From: an uncultured Verrucomicrobiales bacterium
GTDB lineage: Bacteria; Verrucomicrobiota; Verrucomicrobiia; Verrucomicrobiales; DEV007
DNA length: 11,427 nt
NCBI GenBank assembly: GCA_938091905.1
Contig: CALKOM010000152.1
Coordinates: 1 to 11,427 of the forward strand
Reading direction: 5' to 3'
Both the position numbers and the translations under genes were made by a program. Below the pieces are notes generated by a model. The model was not told the DNA's origin, did not search any database, and was given only the letters and a program-made list of their open reading frames with translations. Shown here piece after piece: positions 7,701-11,427 of the stretch (the stretch's first letter is position 1; each line of letters starts with the position of its first letter).

Positions 7701-8773
7701 CTGACATCGAACCATCATCACCGCTTCCCGCCGACGAAGCAGCTATCTTGGATGAATCCATCATCGAGGAGCTGAAGCATCTCACTCACGAAACGCTGAC
7801 TCACGACGGCCCCAGAGGCATTCTTGCAGGACTGGTAGGTGAATTGGTTGAAATCCTTGAGAACGCCGCCGATTTCCAAATCGAGTCCCGGTTGGATGTC
7901 ACCGCAGGTGAAACTTCTTCTGGTGACGGGCTGGCCATATCGCCGACTCAAGCAGCGATGTGTGCCGGCGAATTCCAGCGCACTGCCATCTTTCTTCGCG
8001 GGCTACATGACGCAATCGCGTCGGTCATTGAGGTGGGGTCACCCGAACCCGTCCGCGTCCTCTATGCTGGTTCGGGTCCCTACGCAGCGCTTGCCGTCCC
8101 ACTCATGACCGTCTTCTCACCGGAGGCGGTCCGCTTCACCATTCTCGATATTCACCCGGAATCGATCGAGCACGTGAAGTCGGTCGTCCATCGACTCGGC
8201 CTCACTCAAAGTGTAGATGACTATGTCGTAGCCGATGCTTGTGATTATACCATTCCCGGCGATCTGCTTCCTCACATTATCCTTTCCGAAACGATGAGCA
8301 CGGCACTCGAGAAGGAACCGCAAGTCGCTATCATGCGTCATCTTCTCCGCCAGGCACCCGACGCGATCATCGTGCCGGAGTGGGTGAGGGTCGATGCCTT
8401 TCTCGTCGATACCTCGAAGGAGGTCGACGTGATCATGCCTGAACAGGAGGGGGCGCACCCGGATCGGATTCCCGTGGGCACCGTCTTCGAATTGAACGCC
8501 GAGACCATTCGGTCCTGGGTCAGTCTTACTGGCGACCACCTACCTGCTGCTGCCATCGACATTCCGCCTCCTCCCGAGCCGCACTATCGCCCCTATCTCT
8601 TCACCACAATTACAACCTATGGCAAGCATGTGCTGCAAACCCATGATTGTAGCCTAACAGGAATCCGAGAAATTCCAGTAAACGATGCCGCCATTGCTGG
8701 GAAAACCTCGCAGTTCCACTACCAACTTGGTGCAGCCCCAGGTCTCGTTCGCGAAGACAAATCGCTATCCTGA
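7697..8773 (+). CDS. Class I SAM-dependent methyltransferase, PRMT-like; substrate unknown
   Basis: Motif I VLYAGSGPYA, acidic post-beta2 ILDIH, VADA and ILSETMSTALEKE. ATGA overlap with the upstream esterase stop. Confidence 0.75.
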   Translation: MTDIEPSSPLPADEAAILDESIIEELKHLTHETLTHDGPRGILAGLVGELVEILENAADFQIESRLDVTAGETSSGDGLAISPTQAAMCAGEFQRTAIFLRGLHDAIASVIEVGSPEPVRVLYAGSGPYAALAVPLMTVFSPEAVRFTILDIHPESIEHVKSVVHRLGLTQSVDDYVVADACDYTIPGDLLPHIILSETMSTALEKEPQVAIMRHLLRQAPDAIIVPEWVRVDAFLVDTSKEVDVIMPEQEGAHPDRIPVGTVFELNAETIRSWVSLTGDHLPAAAIDIPPPPEPHYRPYLFTTITTYGKHVLQTHDCSLTGIREIPVNDAAIAGKTSQFHYQLGAAPGLVREDKSLS

Positions 8774-9223
8774 TTTCTTGCTAAGACCGAGGATGAACTT
8801 TCGCAGCACCTGTTCGGGACATGGGCGGTAGTGCCGGTGGCCCTCCTTGCGAAAGAACGACCCGAGTTCGGCTTTGGTTACGACGAACTCAGCTCTTTTA
8901 AAAACGGCATTCATGTCGTCATCGCGTAGTTCGAGAGCGATCCGGAGTTTTTTCAGAATTTCGTTGTTGGAAAGAAATTCGAGCGCTTCAGGAATGGTGC
9001 CGTCGGGACGGGGGCCGCGTTTTTCAATGATCAGGCCGTCCAGAAAACGGCAGAGCGTGGCGTCTGGTATGTCTACGCTGCCCGCTTCATCTTCGCGCTT
9101 CAGCCAGCGATCCACCTGGGCGGTGCTTGTTTCCTTTCCGGTCCTCGTGATGAGACTCGCCACTTGGGCATTGTTGAGGTGCAAGGCGTAGCGCAAGCGG
9201 CGTAGGGTATCGTTGTTGGTCAT
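8765..9223 (-). CDS. yehS: DUF1456 family protein (YehS-like)
   Basis: Reads MTNNDTLRRLRYAL..WLKREDE..FLDGLIIEKRG..LSNNEILKKLRIALELRDDDM..ELGSFFRKEGHRHYRPCPEQVLRKFILGL, with two internal repeats. Start set at ATG 9223. Confidence 0.9.
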   Translation of the reverse strand: MTNNDTLRRLRYALHLNNAQVASLITRTGKETSTAQVDRWLKREDEAGSVDIPDATLCRFLDGLIIEKRGPRPDGTIPEALEFLSNNEILKKLRIALELRDDDMNAVFKRAEFVVTKAELGSFFRKEGHRHYRPCPEQVLRKFILGLSKKSG

Positions 9224-9358
9224 GAGTTTGTCGCGAATGGCAGGGGGATCACTTGGTCCGGTAGTTGGTGTCCGCAAGCTCAGTAATTGGGTAATCAGTC
9301 CATTGGCGGTTCATTTCCCCCATTTGTCTCAACTTGCTGCGGCAGCAACATGGGTGGC

Positions 9359-9426
9359 ATGTCAAAAATATTTGACATAGATCCTGTGTCAAAGATACTA
9401 TACATCATGTCAAAAAAACAAGATAT
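9359..9426 (+). promoter_or_regulatory. Sigma70 promoter overlapped by palindromic operator boxes, likely bound by the downstream XRE regulator
   Basis: Boxes are ATGTCAAA-AATA-TTTGACAT (9359-9378, perfect), GTGTCAAAGATACTATACAT (9386-9405) and ATGTCAAAAAAACAAGATAT (9407-9426). The -35 is TTGACA 9372-9377 and the -10 is TACTAT 9396-9401. Confidence 0.75.
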
Positions 9427-9866
9427 AGATGAAGGTCCGATAAACCTTTCTTTCGAGGAACGAAGCGTTTGGATCCAGCTCGCGAGTCTTGGAGCGATCC
9501 TGATTGGCTACGGAACCATTGCCGGGCTTATGCTATTGGCCGGAGTGATTCATATCGTCCCTTATGTGCCTGTCTTCGCCTTGGCGGTTGTCCTATTGAT
9601 TGTCCTGATGATTGTTGGCCATGCGGTTACGGCTGCGACGAGTCGGCTGGAAAGGCGAGATGAACGGGACAAGCTGATCGTTTGGAGAGCGGAGAGCGGA
9701 GAGCAATGCGGGGTGGGTGTTGGGCGTCGGGGTATTCGCGGCTCTTGCCGGACTCATCTTCTCGATCAACAACCTATGGATCGCCCACGTGCTGTTACTC
9801 TCGATGTTTCTATCTGAGATAGCGAAGCTCGTCTTTCAGATCATCTATTACCGTCGGGGGATGTAA
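9407..9866 (+). pseudogene. Four-TM membrane protein frameshifted by one extra GGAGAGC unit (150 aa if restored)
   Basis: Reads MSKKQD..SFEERSVWIQL..TM..TM..DERDKLIVWRAES. Removing 7 nt continues NAGWVLGVGVFAALAGLIF..IAHVLLLSMFLSEIAKLVFQIIYYRRGM*, whose TAA overlaps the XRE ATG (TAATG). Confidence 0.85.
9684..9704 (+). repeat. (GGAGAGC)3 tandem repeat
   Basis: Perfect copies at 9684-9690, 9691-9697 and 9698-9704. Confidence 0.9.
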
Positions 9867-10099
9867 TGGCAAAGCTACCCAAGGCCTCCATTCAGAACAG
9901 AATCCGAGCACTCCGCTTCGAGCATGGTGAGATGACACAGCAAGCGCTGGCAGACCAGATCGGCGTGACGCGGCAGACAGTCAATGCGATCGAAGGCAAC
10001 AAATACTCGCCTTCGTTGGAGGTGGCTTTTCGAATTGCTAAGGTGTTCGATCGGCCGTTGGAGGAGGTGTTTCAATATGCCGCGGGAGAAGGAGGGTAA
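9866..10099 (+). CDS. XRE/Cro-family helix-turn-helix transcriptional regulator
   Basis: NRIRALR..MTQQALADQIGVTRQTVNAIEGNKYSPSLEVAFRIAKVF..LEEVF. Confidence 0.95.
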   Translation: MAKLPKASIQNRIRALRFEHGEMTQQALADQIGVTRQTVNAIEGNKYSPSLEVAFRIAKVFDRPLEEVFQYAAGEGG

Positions 10100-10164
10100 T
10101 AGGTGTAATGTTGCTTTGATAGAATAGATTGCTTTAACAGCGCCGTTCTTGGGACTTTATGTCT

Positions 10165-11255
10165 GGCGGATTCAAGATGCTAGCGCACAAGACGAGCAAA
10201 GATATAGCTAGTGGATTCACGCCGCAGCTAGACGACCTGCGTAGAGCATTGGACAAGCGTATTCAAGGAGTTTGCGAGGGCGCTCATTGATTTCCTCTTC
10301 AACCCACCTAAGGGATTCCTCCTTGATTCCAGCGAAGCTTTCGCCTTTTGGATAGTATTGGCGCAAGAGACCATTGTGATTCTCGACCAAGCCCTTCTCC
10401 CAGGCATGATAGGGATTACAGAAATAGCACTTTGCCCCAAGTTCGCGGTTGACTTCAAGGTGCTGTGCGAACTCGAGACCATTGTCGTAAGTGAGCGTTC
10501 GTGTTTTGAATGGTCGGAGTCAACGAATCATCGCTTTGGCGACTGTCGAAGCTCGCTTGTCTGTCATCCTTTCAAAGAGACTATAGCAGCTCTTTCGTTC
10601 AACCATGCTGAGAATGAATCCTGTCCCTTTCTTTCCTTCGACAAGGTCAATCTCCCAGTCGCCGTAGTAGGTTCGTGCCTCTAACGATGATGGCCTTTCC
10701 GTGATATCGACGCGGCCTGGGATCTTGCTCCGAGGCCTCTTAAAGCGTCGCCTGTAACGTCTCGTGCCGTTAATTCTCAAGCAGATGTAGAGGTCTCCTC
10801 CCGCCTACTTGTCGCGGGCAATGTAGCTATAGATTGCCTCATGACTGAAAGCCTCCCATCCGTCTTTGCGCATCGCTCCACCGATTTGCTCCGGGCTGTG
10901 AAGCTGATGAAGACGGGCTTCGACCTCCATGGCGAGAAGACCAACGATCTTCCGCAGTCTACGCTGCCTTACTTTTCGTGCTGCAGCAAAGCGCCCGGCT
11001 TGCTTCGGGCGATACCCGCAGCCTCCGGTGTTTCGCTTCAGTTCTCTGCTGATCGTGCTCGAGCAGACCCCTATCAACTTGGCAATCTCGGTTTGGCTGC
11101 GCCCTTGCTGAAGCAGCCTGTAAATGGTATCTCGGTCTCCTTGGCAGAGGCGTCGGTAAGTGGTTGGCATTGTTTGGTTTAGTAGTTGAGCGATGCTCTA
11201 CCACATGGCCGCGCCTCTGCCGACTTCACTTGTGCACTAGCAACTTGAATTCACG
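10165..11255 (-). mobile_element. IS30-family insertion sequence, full length (1091 bp)
   Basis: Terminal IRs are GGCGGATTCAAGATGCTAGCGCACAAG (10165-10191) and the reverse complement of 11229-11255, CGTGAATTCAAGTTGCTAGTGCACAAG. A TCT direct repeat flanks it (10162-10164 and 11256-11258). Confidence 0.88.
10217..11170 (-). pseudogene. IS30-family transposase with two in-frame nonsense codons
   Basis: A single 318-codon frame contains the HTH (STISRELKRN, SPEQI, SHEAIY), TAG 10807-10805, GDWEIDLV, TGA 10522-10520, TLTYDNGLEFA, PYHAWEKGLVENHNGLLRQYYPKG and INERPRKLL. Final TGA 10219-10217. Confidence 0.92.
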
Positions 11256-11291
11256 TCTGGCCTTGCGCCTCCGAGCGAAGCGGCAGCCTAG

Positions 11292-11427
11292 GAGTCTGTC
11301 GGACTTTACCAAGTTGCGGTTGATGCTAGAATTTAAGCTATGAGCGCCCGCTTCGTAGATGTCGACCGTGACACCCCAATGCTACTACCCGTGGACATGC
11401 GAGATTGGGTGCCTGAAGACGATCTCG
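11292..11427 (+). mobile_element. Left end of an IS1182-family insertion sequence, continuing beyond the window
   Basis: IR-like GAGTCTGTCGGACTT from 11292, preceded by CTAG and followed by an extended -10 TGCTAGAAT (11324-11332) and the transposase start. Confidence 0.7.
11340..11427 (+). CDS. IS1182-family transposase, N-terminus (partial)
   Basis: MSARFVDVDRDTPMLLPVDMRDWVPEDDL matches the DRxQxxLLPxxLxDWLPExH-type start of IS1182 transposases. Not in the ORF track. Confidence 0.8.
   Translation, partial: MSARFVDVDRDTPMLLPVDMRDWVPEDDL

Larger units (their letters stand above)
2612..11427. mobile_element. Probable degraded genomic island integrated at the tRNA-Gln 3' end; distal boundary not visible
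   Basis: An integrase-type remnant abuts the tRNA and points at it, followed by mosaic cargo, pseudogenes and IS elements. I found no second copy of the tRNA 3' end in the window. Confidence 0.55.

Noticed and set aside
9287..9406. N-terminal extension of the membrane protein ORF from TTG 9287
   Set aside because: It runs through the promoter/operator region. ATG 9407 fits the promoter geometry.
9359..9426. TGTCAAA repeats as a mini-CRISPR array or iterons
   Set aside because: They are too short and irregularly spaced, with no spacers or cas/rep genes. They are better explained as operators.
151..11170. Stop-codon reassignment or readthrough, suggested by many in-frame TAG/TAA/TGA and a nearby tRNA-Gln
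   Set aside because: All three stop types occur, often together with frameshifts and deletions. Intact genes have no internal stops and end in TAG, TGA or TAA. The tRNA anticodon is an ordinary UUG.
10228..11204. ORFs 10228-10482(-), 10358-10684(+), 10841-11182(+), 10929-11111(+) and 10959-11204(-)
   Set aside because: They are alternate-frame or antisense shadows of the IS30 transposase.
10161..11261. GTCTGGC 7-bp direct repeat as the IS30 target duplication
   Set aside because: It overlaps the symmetrically aligned IR ends. The 3-bp TCT fits the alignment and the short duplications known for IS30.

Overview
Bacterial DNA; the LipA and esterase types suggest Verrucomicrobiota/PVC, which is inference only. 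A small core block (lipA and a divergent tRNA-Gln(UUG)) sits between two decaying accessory regions. To the left are the right end of an IS3-family element, a GyrI-like pseudogene and small or degraded membrane-protein ORFs. To the right, starting at the tRNA 3' end, is an eroded genomic island. It contains a large serine recombinase remnant whose frame runs antisense into the tRNA, a 5'-truncated WD40 gene, and LLM-oxidoreductase, SDR and membrane-protein pseudogenes. Next come an intact coupled pair (tandem-domain SASA/CE6-type esterase plus PRMT-like methyltransferase), a YehS/DUF1456 gene, and a membrane-protein/XRE operon frameshifted by a (GGAGAGC)3 tract. The window ends with a complete but inactivated IS30-family element and the left end of an IS1182-family element. 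Family assignments come from motif recognition, not database searches. No clearly new system is proven. The best leads are the PRMT5-like methyltransferase/esterase pair, the recombinase-tRNA overlap and the heptamer-switched XRE operon.
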